From contig CAVSHT010000009.1 of the NCBI GenBank assembly GCA_963727895.1, positions 352,001-416,000 on the forward strand: 64,000 nucleotides of DNA, written 5' to 3'. Numbering within the stretch: the first letter of the stretch is position 1; the number at the start of each line of letters is the position of its first letter. This DNA is from an uncultured Methanosarcinaceae archaeon. Its GTDB lineage: Archaea > Halobacteriota > Methanosarcinia > Methanosarcinales > Methanosarcinaceae. This document shows, in pieces, positions 42,209-54,033 of the stretch. The notes beneath the pieces are model-generated. The model was not told where the DNA came from and did not search any database. It saw only the letters and a list, made by a program, of their open reading frames with translations. The translations under genes and the position numbers were made by a program.

Positions 42209-43822
42209 ATGGCTGATACAATTCACTGGGCAGACGTCATAGCCGGAGACGTATTAAAAAAGAAAGGAAAACATCTTGTTGCTACAGGCATTACTCCGTC
42301 TGGACATATCCATATAGGCAACATGAGAGAAGTTGTAACTGCCGATGCTACATATAGAGCACTGATAGATAAGGGAGCAAGTGCCGATTTTATTTATATT
42401 GCTGATAATTATGATCCTCTTCGTAAAGTTTACCCATTTCTTCCAGAGAATTATGCTGAACATGTAGGAAAACCCATATCCGAAATTCCCTGCCCATGTG
42501 GAAACTGCGCAAACTATGCCGAGCATTTTCTAAAACCTTTCCTGGAAGCCCTAAAAAAACTGGGAATCAATCCTCAGGTTTACAGGGCAGATGAAATGTA
42601 TAAGACAGGAAAATACACTGAAGCAATAAAAACTGCCCTTGTTAAAAGAGACGAAATTGCAAAAATCCTGGAAGAAGTTTCGGGTAAAACCGTAGCACCA
42701 GATTGGAGCCCCTTTAATCCCAGATGCGATCAATGTGGAAAGATCACAACCACAAAGGTTACAGGTTTTGATCTGGAAGCCGAGACCGTGGACTATATTT
42801 GCACATGCAGTCATTCTGGAACCGTACCCATGGCAGGAGGAGGAAAACTCACCTGGCGCGTTGACTGGCCTGCTCGCTGGTCAGTTTTAGGAGTGACAGT
42901 AGAGCCTTTCGGGAAGGATCATGCTTCTAAAGGTGGTTCTTACGATACCGGAAAAAGAATAGTAAAAGAAATTTTCGGGCATGAACCTCCATATCCTATT
43001 GTCTATGAATGGATAATGCTTGGAAAACAGGGAGCAATGTCTTCATCTACAGGAGTCGCTATTTCGATTACGGACATGCTAGAAGTTGTTCCCCCTGAAG
43101 TTCTTCGCTATCTGATTATTCGAACAAAACCTGAAAAACATATTCAGTTTGATCCAGGGCAGCCTCTCCTAACTATCGTTGATGAATACGAAAAGCTTAG
43201 AACTCAGTTCAAAGAAAATGATCCTTCACTTGGAGATTTTCAAAAGAGAGTGTATGAACTTTCCAGGGCAACAGGTATCTGTCAGTCCGAAATTCCTTTC
43301 AAGCAAATGGTGACTATATATCAGGTAGCAAGGGGAGATTTTGACCAGATCTTGAAAATCGTAAAACGTTCAGGCTTTTCAACTGAAGACAAAAAATGTA
43401 TAAAAGAACTGATAGACAACGTTTCCAAATGGCTCAACCTTTATGCTCCACCTTTTGCCAAATTCAATGTAAAAGAGAAGGTACCTGTGCAGGCTGCAAC
43501 TCTATCTGAGCTCCAGAGAGCTTTTCTTTCAGCTTTTGCAGCACTTATTGAATCCAGAAAGGAAATCAGCGGAGAAGAATACCATATGCTGATATATTCT
43601 GCAAAAGACGAAGCTTCCGAACTTAACAGGCGGATTAGAGAAAAACTGAATAACTCTGCTTCAAAAATAGATCCAAAGGAACTTTTCAAAGCAATCTATA
43701 TATCACTACTGGGGCAGAATTATGGTCCCAAAGCAGGATGGTTCCTGTCTTCTTTTGAGAAAGAATTCCTGGTAGAAAGGTTTAAAGAAGCTTCAATTTA
43801 CAGTCCTGAAAAACAAGCATAA
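42209..43822 (+). CDS. lysK: Class I lysyl-tRNA synthetase
   Basis: [34 protein letters not shown] and MSSSTG motifs. Confidence 0.96.
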   Translation: MADTIHWADVIAGDVLKKKGKHLVATGITPSGHIHIGNMREVVTADATYRALIDKGASADFIYIADNYDPLRKVYPFLPENYAEHVGKPISEIPCPCGNCANYAEHFLKPFLEALKKLGINPQVYRADEMYKTGKYTEAIKTALVKRDEIAKILEEVSGKTVAPDWSPFNPRCDQCGKITTTKVTGFDLEAETVDYICTCSHSGTVPMAGGGKLTWRVDWPARWSVLGVTVEPFGKDHASKGGSYDTGKRIVKEIFGHEPPYPIVYEWIMLGKQGAMSSSTGVAISITDMLEVVPPEVLRYLIIRTKPEKHIQFDPGQPLLTIVDEYEKLRTQFKENDPSLGDFQKRVYELSRATGICQSEIPFKQMVTIYQVARGDFDQILKIVKRSGFSTEDKKCIKELIDNVSKWLNLYAPPFAKFNVKEKVPVQAATLSELQRAFLSAFAALIESRKEISGEEYHMLIYSAKDEASELNRRIREKLNNSASKIDPKELFKAIYISLLGQNYGPKAGWFLSSFEKEFLVERFKEASIYSPEKQA

Positions 43823-43824
43823 AC

Positions 43825-44505
43825 GTGAATAAATTGAACAGTCATAACCCCCAAAACATTCAAATAAGTTCTGCAAAGAATCATTTTCTTGCATGGGATA
43901 GAGAATATGCCCATCTAAAATGGGGTGGGCCTGCACCTCTCCAGAATATTCAGTCTTATCTTTTGCCCAACTCCAGAGTTCTTGATGCAGGTTCAGGAAA
44001 TGGTAGATATCTTGGAGAGCTTGCAAGACATTATAGAGCAATTGGAATTGATATTTCGTTAACTGCTCTAAAAGGTTCCAGAACTCAGCTTGCAAGAAGC
44101 AACAGATTTGCTGAGCACCTCAGAGCAAGTATCCTTAATCTTCCCTTCAAAGTTCAGGTTTTTGATGGAATTCTCTGTTATGGAGTACTCCAGCACCTCT
44201 TCAAAGAAGAAAGGGAATTTGCAGTCAAAGAATTCAGTCACGTACTCAAAGAGGGGGGAGTTATCTTTTTAGAAGCATTCGGCTGTGAAGATATGCGCTG
44301 TGGAGGAAGAAATTCAATTCCTTTTGAAGAGACGACTTTTACCCGACAAAATGGAATAATCTACCACTACTTTACCAAAGAGGAAGTTAAGACTCTTTTT
44401 GAAGGATTTGAAATTATAGAAATAGAAGACATAATGAAAGAAAAAAAGTTTAAAGGAAAAGCCTACAAAAGGCATCTGGTAAGAGGAATATTCCGGAAAC
44501 TTTGA
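43825..44505 (+). CDS. Class I SAM-dependent methyltransferase
   Basis: VLDAGSGNGR, GIDIS and FDGILCYGVLQHL motifs. Confidence 0.88.
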   Translation: MNKLNSHNPQNIQISSAKNHFLAWDREYAHLKWGGPAPLQNIQSYLLPNSRVLDAGSGNGRYLGELARHYRAIGIDISLTALKGSRTQLARSNRFAEHLRASILNLPFKVQVFDGILCYGVLQHLFKEEREFAVKEFSHVLKEGGVIFLEAFGCEDMRCGGRNSIPFEETTFTRQNGIIYHYFTKEEVKTLFEGFEIIEIEDIMKEKKFKGKAYKRHLVRGIFRKL

Positions 44506-44610
44506 GTTTATTTTGGAGTAAATCTTGACAAAAACTTATTAGAAAAAAATTTTTGATAAAATTTACCCCATAATTTTCATCATTCATACGGTCGTTTTAT
44601 TTACTTGCTT

Positions 44611-44868
44611 TTACATGAAGGCTATTTTCAGATAATTCAGTACAATTATGACAAGTGCACCAAAAATGCCTCCTATGGCACAGACAAGAACTGCAACCCA
44701 AGTAATTGCAATTTCAAGCCCGAGTAAAAGTTTTGCCGCCATTAATATTAAAACCCCAAGTACTGCATTTATTGCGAGGCTAGTTGCAGTCTTCAGGATT
44801 TTGTATAAAAGGAAGGCTGCCATAATTGCCAATAACAGTACAAAAATTTCAATAATTCCAACTACCAT
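44611..44868 (-). CDS. BofA-family small membrane protein
   Basis: LAINAVLG...I.ITWVAVLVCAIGGIFG pattern. Confidence 0.75.
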   Translation of the reverse strand: MVVGIIEIFVLLLAIMAAFLLYKILKTATSLAINAVLGVLILMAAKLLLGLEIAITWVAVLVCAIGGIFGALVIIVLNYLKIAFM

Positions 44869-45009
44869 ATGTTATAGGTAGGGGCTCAACTTATTTATAA
44901 TTATCATTGAGTTTTATAATACAGTTATAAGGTCAAAGTTTTAAATTAAAGGACTCAGCAGGATACTTAACGCCTTTTCTTTAAAAAAGGTTAATACCAG
45001 GTTTTTCTC

Positions 45010-45468
45010 TTAGAGACTTCTAATAAACTCAGTAATAATATTTTTAAGTGAATGTTGATCTTGATAAACTTTTAAGATAAGTAAAGCGTCAGGATTTCCC
45101 AGTACCATTGCCGAAACTGCTGCATTCGGACTGTAAAGGCAGAGTACAGGAATTCCCTGGACAAGCGCTCTGCAAATTTCGTAACCCACCCCCGTAGAAG
45201 GAACTGTAACTTCTGCTATCAGAGCATCGCTTTTTACAAGCAACCTCATATCCCTGGAATATATCTCTTCTTCTGTCATTCTCATTTCTACGTTTTCCAG
45301 TTCTGGATCCACAACGTGCCAGCTGAGCACTTCAGCCCCTGCTTTCTCCAGAGTATCAAACATAAACCTATATGTTTCAAGCAGTTGCCTTCCTCCGCGG
45401 ATAGAACCAGATAGAAAGATTTTGGGACTTCTTTTTTCCAAAACTCTTATTTTCTCCAAATTTTCCAT
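45010..45468 (-). CDS. Nucleoside 2-deoxyribosyltransferase / RCL-like N-hydrolase
   Basis: [16 protein letters not shown] and [14 protein letters not shown] motifs. Confidence 0.85.
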   Translation of the reverse strand: MENLEKIRVLEKRSPKIFLSGSIRGGRQLLETYRFMFDTLEKAGAEVLSWHVVDPELENVEMRMTEEEIYSRDMRLLVKSDALIAEVTVPSTGVGYEICRALVQGIPVLCLYSPNAAVSAMVLGNPDALLILKVYQDQHSLKNIITEFIRSL

Positions 45469-45510
45469 AGCTTCTTCACCTTTTAATCCGTTTTTCAGCA
45501 ATTTCAATAT

Positions 45511-48057
45511 TTACTGCACACCTCTGAAATAATGCCCATTAGTAAAGCCTTTTCCAAGCTTTTCGCAACTTTCTCTTCCCCGATTTCCAGTTTCGAGATA
45601 ATTATCAATCGTATTCCTGTAAGCTCTGGTTACCGTTCTGATTTCATCTGGATTTTCCATACCAAGAGTCTCGATCCTGAGACTTAAAACTCCGCTTTCA
45701 AGGATTTCAGGAACATATTCAAGCATACAAAGCGATCTTGAGTTAAGGAGATGCATCCTGCATTGATAATCCATTAGAAGAGGAAACTCATAGTGTTTTT
45801 CGTCTACAAGCGTAAAAGTTCCTGATCTGCAGGGAGCACTACATTTCCCTTTATTGTTTCCAAGCAGCCCACCTGTAAGGCAGTGTTCAGATTCCATCAG
45901 TTCAAGCCTACCATGAACTATACATTCTGCAGGCCCATAAGAAACAACTTTTTTTAATTTTTCAAGAGTCAACTCTGGAGAAATTACAGCCAATTGAGCC
46001 CCTTCCTGTAAAAGAAAAGAAAAAGTATGGCTGTTAAAGATGTTTAGAGGACTATCAACAATGAAAGGAATATTTCTGGATTTTGCAAGGTTCAGAGTCC
46101 CCAGATTTGACACAATAACACCATCAACTCCCCGTTGCATTACATAAGAAAGAGTTTTTTCTAAGGACTCCATTTCAGAATCTTTCACAATCTTCGGGGT
46201 GATGAAATAGATTTTCTTTCCTGCATTTTGCGTTTCAGTTACAGCTTTCTCGAAAATAGAATGAAGCTCCTGTGCAGAGTCTCTTTTTTGCCCTGTTGCA
46301 TCAGGTCCCCTGAAAAGCCCCTCACCAAAATAGATTCGATCAGCTCCACCTGCAAGTGCTCCTTCAAGTCCTTCAAGGGAATAAACAGAAACTGAAAGCT
46401 GAGGAAGCATTGTTTCGTGAATGGTTTTACCTGCCTCCTTTTCTGTTCGTTTGAATGATTCAAAGAACTGAGAAGAAAACTGAGATACATCGCAAGGTTT
46501 ACGTTTCCATATAGCAATTCTAAGGTTTTCAAGCTGATTTATTGCTTTTGTCCTCAACTCGTTAAGCTGACCCATAGGAACAAAAACATCTCCTTCTACA
46601 ATAACATGGAGTTCAGCAGCCTCAAAAAGTGTAGTTCCAAGTTTTGAAAGTTGTGTTTCTATCCTGACCTTTGAAGTAGGCTGCTTTTCAGCCTTCTCGA
46701 CCAGATATTCAGACTCAACCATAACTGCATTTGAATCTCTGTCTTTTACCTCAAGCCTGACAGGACATCCTGGTGCAACAGTTGCCTTGATGAAAACAGG
46801 GATTTTAGGCCTCAAGCTTCCAGATCCACTTTCTTTTTTGAGAGAATCCATTAGCTTTTTGTCATGCGTCCTGTAAACTGTGCTTTTAGATGGTGCTTTT
46901 GAGTCAAAGGGAATCTCTACTGTATCTCCTGATCCTGCACTGTATACAGGACCCTTTCCTGTATACATTGAAGATATGATTTTTCCTTTATCTTCGGATC
47001 TGGTTTCTGCATTTTCAACCATAATCCCGTCTCCTAAGCGGAGAGGTCTTGAAAGTCTAATATGTATAAGATTTGAATGTATGTCATATCCTATAACCAT
47101 ACCTGCCGGAACTCCACGGTTGTGAGGATTTTCTCTACTCATAAGTTCCCAGAGAGGGTTTTCAAAAAAGTAACCCTGAGTAAAACCCCTATTAAAGAGC
47201 TGGGTAAGTGTTTCCTGTTCATCTTCAGAAATGAAATACTCTGCAGGATTTTTAATATACCTGTCAATCAGGCGGCGGTAGATCCTGACAACGCCTGCAA
47301 CATACTCAGGTCTTTTCATCCGACCTTCGATTTTGAACGATTCAATCCCAGCTTCGATAAGAGCTCCCAGGCCAGAAGTTGTGTTAAGGTCTTTTGGGCT
47401 TAAGAGATAGCTTCCAATTGTTTTGATTGGCTTTCCTTCACAGTATAGCCTGTACTTTTTACGGCACGGCTGGGCACAGAACCCCCTATTTCCACTCCTT
47501 CCACCTATAAGACTGCTCAGTAAACATTGCCCGGAATAGGAAATGCAGAGAGCCCCATGTATGAAAACCTCTATTTCGGTCCCAGTTATTTCTTTTATCC
47601 TTTTGATCTCTTCAAGCGAGGACTCACGTGCAAGAACAGCCCTTTCTATTCCCAATTGTGTTACAAATTCAACCCCTTTGCTATTATGCAAAGTCATCTG
47701 TGTGCTCGCATGCAGCGGAAGGTCAGGCAGAAATTTTTTTGCAAGCGAGATAAGCCCGATATCCTGAATTATTATTGCATCAGTTCCGATTTTTCTCAAC
47801 CACGAAAGTAGCTTAAGGGCATTTTCTAATTCTTCTTCTTTAAGTAGAGTATTTACAGTTACGTAAACCTTCACGCCTCTTAGATGAGCATAATCAACAG
47901 CTTCTTCAAGTTCATTATCTGAGAAATTTGAGGCGTATCCCCGAGCACTGAAAGCTCGAGCTCCGAGGTATACGGCATCTGCTCCATTTTCTACGGCTGC
48001 AACAAAAGCTTCCATGCCGCCTGCCGGGGCAAGCAGTTCCGGTTTTTCAGGCATCAT
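45511..48057 (-). CDS. U32-family protein with DUF3656 (RlhA-like RNA hydroxylase)
   Basis: PELLAPAG, HASTQ, HGALCISYSGQC, RSGNRGFCAQPCR and KIEGRMK motifs; second degenerate U32 domain. Confidence 0.9.
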   Translation of the reverse strand: MMPEKPELLAPAGGMEAFVAAVENGADAVYLGARAFSARGYASNFSDNELEEAVDYAHLRGVKVYVTVNTLLKEEELENALKLLSWLRKIGTDAIIIQDIGLISLAKKFLPDLPLHASTQMTLHNSKGVEFVTQLGIERAVLARESSLEEIKRIKEITGTEIEVFIHGALCISYSGQCLLSSLIGGRSGNRGFCAQPCRKKYRLYCEGKPIKTIGSYLLSPKDLNTTSGLGALIEAGIESFKIEGRMKRPEYVAGVVRIYRRLIDRYIKNPAEYFISEDEQETLTQLFNRGFTQGYFFENPLWELMSRENPHNRGVPAGMVIGYDIHSNLIHIRLSRPLRLGDGIMVENAETRSEDKGKIISSMYTGKGPVYSAGSGDTVEIPFDSKAPSKSTVYRTHDKKLMDSLKKESGSGSLRPKIPVFIKATVAPGCPVRLEVKDRDSNAVMVESEYLVEKAEKQPTSKVRIETQLSKLGTTLFEAAELHVIVEGDVFVPMGQLNELRTKAINQLENLRIAIWKRKPCDVSQFSSQFFESFKRTEKEAGKTIHETMLPQLSVSVYSLEGLEGALAGGADRIYFGEGLFRGPDATGQKRDSAQELHSIFEKAVTETQNAGKKIYFITPKIVKDSEMESLEKTLSYVMQRGVDGVIVSNLGTLNLAKSRNIPFIVDSPLNIFNSHTFSFLLQEGAQLAVISPELTLEKLKKVVSYGPAECIVHGRLELMESEHCLTGGLLGNNKGKCSAPCRSGTFTLVDEKHYEFPLLMDYQCRMHLLNSRSLCMLEYVPEILESGVLSLRIETLGMENPDEIRTVTRAYRNTIDNYLETGNRGRESCEKLGKGFTNGHYFRGVQ

Positions 48058-48365
48058 TAAATGAGACTAGAGAGTCTGCCCTTAATTAAACTTTGGCATC
48101 CTCTTCACTTATCTATAAATTAAAAGTTTCATTAAGGTTTCAAGAAATATAAGAAAAAACTGGAATAAAAAGATGGAATAAAAAGACTGGGGATTAATAA
48201 CTCGGAAAGGGATAAAAAGAATAGAACCCATCAGAAGGAATTCCCCCATAATCCGGAAAATTTTCTAGAGGATTAATGTCTTGAATAGCTTTCTACTACC
48301 TTAAAAAAGAAGAAAAAAGAAATAAATTGAAAATTTACAGGATAACTTGGATGCTATGTTCTGGT

Positions 48366-48767
48366 TTATGCTTTCGGACCTATTATCCAATTCACAGTCC
48401 TTGCGACTTTTTCATCTTTTGAAGCTTCACAGAGCATCTTTCCATCAGGAATGTGGCATTCACAGGAGTAGCTGAGTTTGTCTGTTTTTCCCACGTATCT
48501 GAAGTGTAGTTTACAGTACCCTTCCTTACACCCAAATCCGTACTTAACCCAACCTTCAATATCTGCTCCGCCTTCACAACTTCCTTCACATGCAATTAGT
48601 TCAAAGCTCTTTTCTTCATAAGATTCGATTTTAGCTGGAGCTGGACGACCTTTTTTGAATTTCCCTTTCTCAATTTTCTCAGCTTGAAGAACAAGATCTT
48701 CTCCAGTGTTGTTGAGAATTTTCAACTGCAAACCCTCAAGAAATTCCATAGTTTCGGCTTCTGACAT
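48366..48767 (-). CDS. Hypothetical protein, aegerolysin/Cry34-like pattern
   Basis: LKILNNTGEDLVL..KGKF..APAKI..G..EGWVKY..KLHF. Confidence 0.6.
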   Translation of the reverse strand: MSEAETMEFLEGLQLKILNNTGEDLVLQAEKIEKGKFKKGRPAPAKIESYEEKSFELIACEGSCEGGADIEGWVKYGFGCKEGYCKLHFRYVGKTDKLSYSCECHIPDGKMLCEASKDEKVARTVNWIIGPKA

Positions 48768-49035
48768 ATATATCCCCAAATAAATGATCCAGATAAGAAT
48801 TCCGTATAAGAAATTGCCTCTAAGAAATAAAAAAGTATCTATAAGTATCTAGAAGTGAATGAATAAAAATCAAAGAGAAGAAAAAACTAGATCAATCGGG
48901 ACCTCAAAAAAATTTCAAAAAATATTGGTAAGAGCGAAAAAAACGAAAACAGCATTTTCTGCATGATAAAGTGACACAATCTTTTCCAAAATCTCTTTTT
49001 CATTCTCACTCTATCTTTTTTGCTGCTTATGTAAT

Positions 49036-49857
49036 TTAAAGCCTTACAGGAATTTCCCGATCTCGAAGGTATTCTTTTACTTCCTTGATTGAATACTCTC
49101 TGAAGTGGAAGATGCTCGCCGCAAGGGCAGCATCGGCTTTCCCAATTGAAAATCCTTCGTAAATGTGCTGAGGGTTTCCGACACCTCCTGAAGCTATAAT
49201 CGGGATATCAAGCTCTTCGGAAAGTTTTCTTGTAATAGGTATGTCATAACCTGCACAGGTGCCATCCCGATCCATACTTGTGAGCAGGATTTCTCCTGAG
49301 CCCAATTCTTCTGCCCTTCTTGCCCACTGTACAGCATCGATTCCTGTAGATTCCCTTCCTCCGTAGATTACAACCTCATACCAGGCAGGAGTTCCGTCCT
49401 CGAGTTCCAGAATAGTTTTGTCTGGGTTATTCTTTATGTCGGTATTTCGCCTGCAATCAATTGCAGTCACAATACACTGAGATCCAAATATCTTGGAAGA
49501 TTCTTTGATGAAATCTGGATTCTTGACAGCAGATGTGTTAACTGAAACCTTATCTGCTCCGGCCCTGAGAATCTGACGAATTGCATCAGTGGAGTTTATT
49601 CCTCCTCCAATAGTAAGAGGAATGAAAACTTCATCTGCAGTCCTTTCAATCACATCAATCATAGTTTCCCTGCCATGAGCCGAAGCTGTAATATCCAGAA
49701 AAACAAGTTCATCTGCACCCTCTTCGTTGTAACGCTTGGCAAGTTCCACAGGATCTCCGGCCTCTTTCAGATCCACAAATTCAATACCCTTTACAACACA
49801 GCCACCCGCTCTGTCAAGAGTCACATCAAGGCATGGTATTATTCTTTTAGTGAGCAT
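49036..49857 (-). CDS. hisF: Imidazole glycerol phosphate synthase cyclase subunit
   Basis: [19 protein letters not shown] and LTSMDRDGT motifs. Confidence 0.97.
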   Translation of the reverse strand: MLTKRIIPCLDVTLDRAGGCVVKGIEFVDLKEAGDPVELAKRYNEEGADELVFLDITASAHGRETMIDVIERTADEVFIPLTIGGGINSTDAIRQILRAGADKVSVNTSAVKNPDFIKESSKIFGSQCIVTAIDCRRNTDIKNNPDKTILELEDGTPAWYEVVIYGGRESTGIDAVQWARRAEELGSGEILLTSMDRDGTCAGYDIPITRKLSEELDIPIIASGGVGNPQHIYEGFSIGKADAALAASIFHFREYSIKEVKEYLRDREIPVRL

Positions 49858-50135
49858 CTACGGAATAATAAATTTAACTGTTATTAAAAGCTTATTGAAA
49901 TCAAGCCAATGGAAATATTAGATAGCGATTTCTAAAGATAATAGAAAATCTAAAGATAATAGAAAATAGATTTAAAAGAGAAATTGTATGAAATAGACTG
50001 TTAAAAGAAAAAACTACATGCTACAGACTGCTATGAGAATTAAAATCCGATTTTTTGCAGACTGACAAGACATGACTAAGCAAAGTTAAGCTAAAATCTT
50101 AAAACTTGAAAAAAATATATGAGATTCAATTGGTT

Positions 50136-50600
50136 TTAACTGAAAATGTTTATTACACGAGCGCCTTCAAGTCTTGACATTTCGATTTCAGAACTTTCAA
50201 GCACCTTTTTTCGAACTCTAATCGGAGCTTCAACACGCAGAGCAAGAGCAATGCAATCACTTGGCCTTGCATCAAATTGCATGACACAATTATCCTTTCT
50301 TATCAGAAGACGTGCATAATAGATTTTGTCTACCTTTTCATCAATCAATGCACCCTCAATTTTTATGTTGAGCCTGTCGAAAATATTGAGTATAAGGTCA
50401 TGAGCCATAGGTCTTGGTGGAGAAACTTTTTTAATCACGTTTCCTATTGAAAGAGCCTCTAGATGTCCTATATATATCGGAAGCATATTCCCCTGCAGAT
50501 CTTCAAGAAGCACTACAGGAGTTGGATCTGTAAAAACATCAACTATATAGACATCTTTAACTCGAATTTCTTGAAAATCCTCATAGAAGTTGATGCTCAT
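50136..50600 (-). CDS. Bifunctional nuclease family protein (DUF151)
   Basis: LPIYIG..EA, RPMAHDL and DARPSDCIALALR motifs. Confidence 0.9.
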   Translation of the reverse strand: MSINFYEDFQEIRVKDVYIVDVFTDPTPVVLLEDLQGNMLPIYIGHLEALSIGNVIKKVSPPRPMAHDLILNIFDRLNIKIEGALIDEKVDKIYYARLLIRKDNCVMQFDARPSDCIALALRVEAPIRVRKKVLESSEIEMSRLEGARVINIFS

Positions 50601-50704
50601 ATTTAATAAATAACTTCACACTTATTAATACCTTATTTAATTTTTTTGAATATATTAAAAATGAGGATTATAACTCAAGTTTAGTCCATTTATGACCAGA
50701 GAGT

Positions 50705-51454
50705 TCAGCATTCCAAACCTTTTCGAAAGCCATGTTTTCCGAGAAGGGGAACAAAAATAACTTCTCCTTTTCTCTTTTTATGTATACGGCCTTTAATATC
50801 TTTTTTCACTTTGTATAATTCCTGGAAATAATCCCCTACAGGAATAACCATTATGCCTCCAGACTTCAACTGTTCCAGCAAAGGCTCAGGGATATAAGGA
50901 GCTGCACATGTCACAATTATTCTGTCGTAGGGAGCACACTCAGAGTAACCCATTGATCCATCCTCAAGTACCACTGTGACATTTTTGTACCCTGTTTTTG
51001 TCAGATTTTCTTTTGCAAAGTTCGCAAGGGCTTCAATACGTTCAACAGTATATATATGTCCGTTTCGTCCTACGATTTCTCCCATCACTGCAGCATTATA
51101 TCCTGAACCTGTCCCTATTTCCAGGACTTTATGCCCTTCTAAAAGCTCAAGGAGTTCACACATAATCGCAACCATATGAGGGGCAGATATTGTTTGCCCG
51201 TGACCGATATCAAGGGGTCTGTCCATATAAGCTACTCTTTGCTCATATTCCAGAACAAATTTATGCCTTGGGACACGGAGCATAGCCTCGCGAACTTTAT
51301 CTCCCAGCAACAGGTAAGCCCCAAGATTATCTATGAGGCGTCTGTGCATCGTTTCTAGATTTTCTTCCTCTTCTATTTCTCGTTTATTTTTTCCTTTACC
51401 ACGGCCCTCTTCGGAAATCACGCTGACCCGAACCTTCCCATTTCTTTCTCGCAA
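50705..51454 (-). CDS. pcm: Protein-L-isoaspartate O-methyltransferase
   Basis: [26 protein letters not shown] and APYDRI motifs. Confidence 0.95.
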   Translation of the reverse strand: MRERNGKVRVSVISEEGRGKGKNKREIEEEENLETMHRRLIDNLGAYLLLGDKVREAMLRVPRHKFVLEYEQRVAYMDRPLDIGHGQTISAPHMVAIMCELLELLEGHKVLEIGTGSGYNAAVMGEIVGRNGHIYTVERIEALANFAKENLTKTGYKNVTVVLEDGSMGYSECAPYDRIIVTCAAPYIPEPLLEQLKSGGIMVIPVGDYFQELYKVKKDIKGRIHKKRKGEVIFVPLLGKHGFRKGLEC

Positions 51455-52031
51455 AAATCCTTTTTACGTATTTTGCAAGTACAACATCGCCTTTTCTGGA
51501 TCTAAATGCCCCATCTCTCACTTTGATTTTCGTGATGAAAAGGCGCTTGTTCCCCACTTTTTCTTCGTTTCCTATAACAAATTCATAATCTCCAGGTACG
51601 CGTTTTTCAATTACTTCGGTTTTTTCAATTCCTGATTGCGCGGAAAATTTTATAGTTACCTCATCAATGGCTCTGCCCCAGATAGTTTCGATATCTTCTG
51701 CCTTGGCGATCTGGACTCTTTTTCCTCCTGCATCAAGAGCAGTAATCAGGATCGGCACTACCATTCCTGTTTCTTCGGCATCTACAACCATCTCATCGTC
51801 TAACTGAAGAACAGTCTTGGAATCAAGTTCAGTCTTATAAGTGTTTGAAATGTCCATCTTGTTAACTATCACTTTCAATCCGACGGATTTGGGGGTTTTA
51901 ATTTTCGCTGCATGCACCTGACCGCAATCTACACAACGAACAATGGGGCTTTGCCCCTCTTTCAAAACCTCATGCTCCACTTCTTCTTCCGGGGAACATG
52001 AAGGGCACTCAACTTCAATATTTCTCATCAT
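51396..52031 (-). CDS. HVO_0476-family zinc-finger protein
   Basis: [20 protein letters not shown] and IETIWGR motifs. Confidence 0.8.
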   Translation of the reverse strand: MMRNIEVECPSCSPEEEVEHEVLKEGQSPIVRCVDCGQVHAAKIKTPKSVGLKVIVNKMDISNTYKTELDSKTVLQLDDEMVVDAEETGMVVPILITALDAGGKRVQIAKAEDIETIWGRAIDEVTIKFSAQSGIEKTEVIEKRVPGDYEFVIGNEEKVGNKRLFITKIKVRDGAFRSRKGDVVLAKYVKRIFARKKWEGSGQRDFRRGPW

Positions 52032-52153
52032 GATCTGATCAATAGATGGATTCGAGATACTAAATACTTAACTTCTCCGGTGATGTTTTTCCAAAAGGTA
52101 TACCAGCTAGAATTTGCGATCAAAAGTTTTATTATAACAGAGTACATAATAGA

Positions 52154-52189
52154 CATCTCAGAAATGAGATGCGTCTCAAAAATAAGACG
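52154..52189. promoter_or_regulatory. Two abutting 18-bp palindromes (candidate RbkR operator)
   Basis: catctcagaaatgagatg plus cgtctcaaaaataagacg, between a TATA-like box (about 52127-52137) and the ribK start. Confidence 0.6.
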
Positions 52190-52199
52190 GGTGCCAACA

Positions 52200-52877
52200 G
52201 TGCCTGACATTGAATACCTTAAAAAACTAGCACTTATAGGAGCAGTAAATAAAACCATCAAGGTCTCATCAAGTGAGTTTCAAAAACATACTGGGGCAAG
52301 CTCCAAAACCGCAGCAAGAAAGTTAAAACAGCTGGAAGAGGAAGGGCTTATCGAACGGAAGATTGTTTCTAGTGGCCAGTTGATAAAAATGACAGAAAAA
52401 GGAATTGAAGTACTTAAGAACGAATACCTCGATTACAACAGGATATTTTCTCCGGAACCTGAAACTCTGGTGCTTGAAGGAAAGGTGCTTACAGGTCTTG
52501 GCGAAGGTCAATATTACGTAAATATACCAGGATACAGAAAGCAATTTGAGGAGAAATTGCATTTCGTACCTTTTCCCGGAACTCTGAATGTGCAACTTTC
52601 TGAAGGCAGTTTGCCTCTTCGAAGTCTTTTGCGTGAAATTCCAGCTACTCGGGTAGAAGGCTTCAATGACGGTGAACGTACATTCGGAGGAGGAAAATGT
52701 TATCCAGTTGTCGTTGGCGGAATAGAGGCCGCTATAGTGACTCCTGAAAGAACACATTACCCATCCGATTTGATTGAGATCATTGCACCTGTAAAGTTAA
52801 GGGATGCTTTGGAACTGAATGATGGAGACAAAGTTGTAATACAGGTAAAAAAACAGGATATGGAGAATCAGAAATGA
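52200..52877 (+). CDS. ribK: wHTH / CTP-dependent riboflavin kinase (RbkR type)
   Basis: N-terminal wHTH; GLGEGQYY, PFPGTLN, PERTHY and EIIAPVKLR motifs. Confidence 0.93.
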   Translation: MPDIEYLKKLALIGAVNKTIKVSSSEFQKHTGASSKTAARKLKQLEEEGLIERKIVSSGQLIKMTEKGIEVLKNEYLDYNRIFSPEPETLVLEGKVLTGLGEGQYYVNIPGYRKQFEEKLHFVPFPGTLNVQLSEGSLPLRSLLREIPATRVEGFNDGERTFGGGKCYPVVVGGIEAAIVTPERTHYPSDLIEIIAPVKLRDALELNDGDKVVIQVKKQDMENQK

Positions 52878-53614
52878 GTGGAAGTACGGTTTACAATTGT
52901 CTTACTTATAGAAACGAAAATATCAATCAGGCACTGGAAGCCATTCGGGCTGGAAAAATGATCCAGATCTATGATTCGGACGCAAGAGAGGGAGAAACTG
53001 ACCTTGTAATCCCTGCAAAAGCGGTCACTTTCAAAGAAGTAAAGTGGATGAGAAAAGATGCAGGAGGCCTTATCTGTGTAGCTGTTGATCCTGTTGCATC
53101 AAAACAGCTCAGGCTACCTTTCATGGCTGAACTTGTTAGAGAAGCCAGCAAAACCAGTGACATGCTTGGGGAAGTTGTGGAAAAAGAAGGTGATCTAAAG
53201 TACGATTCTCATTCTTCTTTTTCTCTCTGGGTAAATCATAGAGAAACCAGAACCGGAATTCCTGACAATGAAAGAGCTCTTACCATCCAGAAAATAGGAG
53301 AAATTACAGAAAAAAAGCTCTCAGGAGATGCAATCCATTTTGGAGACGAATTCCGAACTCCTGGACATGTTGCACTGCTCAGAGCTGCCGAAGGACTTGT
53401 AGATGAGCGCAAAGGTCAGACCGAACTTTCAATTGCCCTTGCCCGTATGGCAGGCATCGCTCCTGCAATGGTAGTCTGCGAAATGCTGGACGATACTAAT
53501 GGGAAAGCTCTCTCAAAAGAAGACTCAAAAGAATACGGTAAAGAACATGGTCTTGTATTTCTAGAAGGACAAGAAATAATAGACGCTTATATGACGTGGG
53601 CAAGCTCAGACTAA
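52874..53614 (+). CDS. ribB: 3,4-dihydroxy-2-butanone-4-phosphate synthase
   Basis: DSDAREGETD, GGLIC, FRTPGHV, RKGQTE and CEML motifs. Confidence 0.95.
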   Translation: MSGSTVYNCLTYRNENINQALEAIRAGKMIQIYDSDAREGETDLVIPAKAVTFKEVKWMRKDAGGLICVAVDPVASKQLRLPFMAELVREASKTSDMLGEVVEKEGDLKYDSHSSFSLWVNHRETRTGIPDNERALTIQKIGEITEKKLSGDAIHFGDEFRTPGHVALLRAAEGLVDERKGQTELSIALARMAGIAPAMVVCEMLDDTNGKALSKEDSKEYGKEHGLVFLEGQEIIDAYMTWASSD

Positions 53615-54033
53615 AAATTTATTTCTTCCATCCTTTTTAGTTTTATTTTTGTTTATTTCTTTGATTTTTTTCATCTTTTTTTAAAACGCAGAATTTTATA
53701 GACAGTGTTGCAAATTTGCTATAAATTTGAAGCCAAGTTTTTATATACTCTGGAAAAAATTGAGCTCTCGACATGGAATTTTTTATTCAATTACTTCATG
53801 AGATTTGTTATTTTGCGGATAAATTATGCACAACTCCACCACTTGTTTTCATAATTTGTTTTTTGTAAACTTTTTTGAATTTAGAGCTCTTGCACTTTGT
53901 TAAATTTGAGCATATTTATATATTCATAAGTATATCGTCCGTAACAAAATAAAAAGAGAAGAAGATTTCAGTAGTGGACTGAAGAACACTAAGCGATAAG
54001 TTTTGGATAAGTTATTGAAATTGGTGGATAAAA

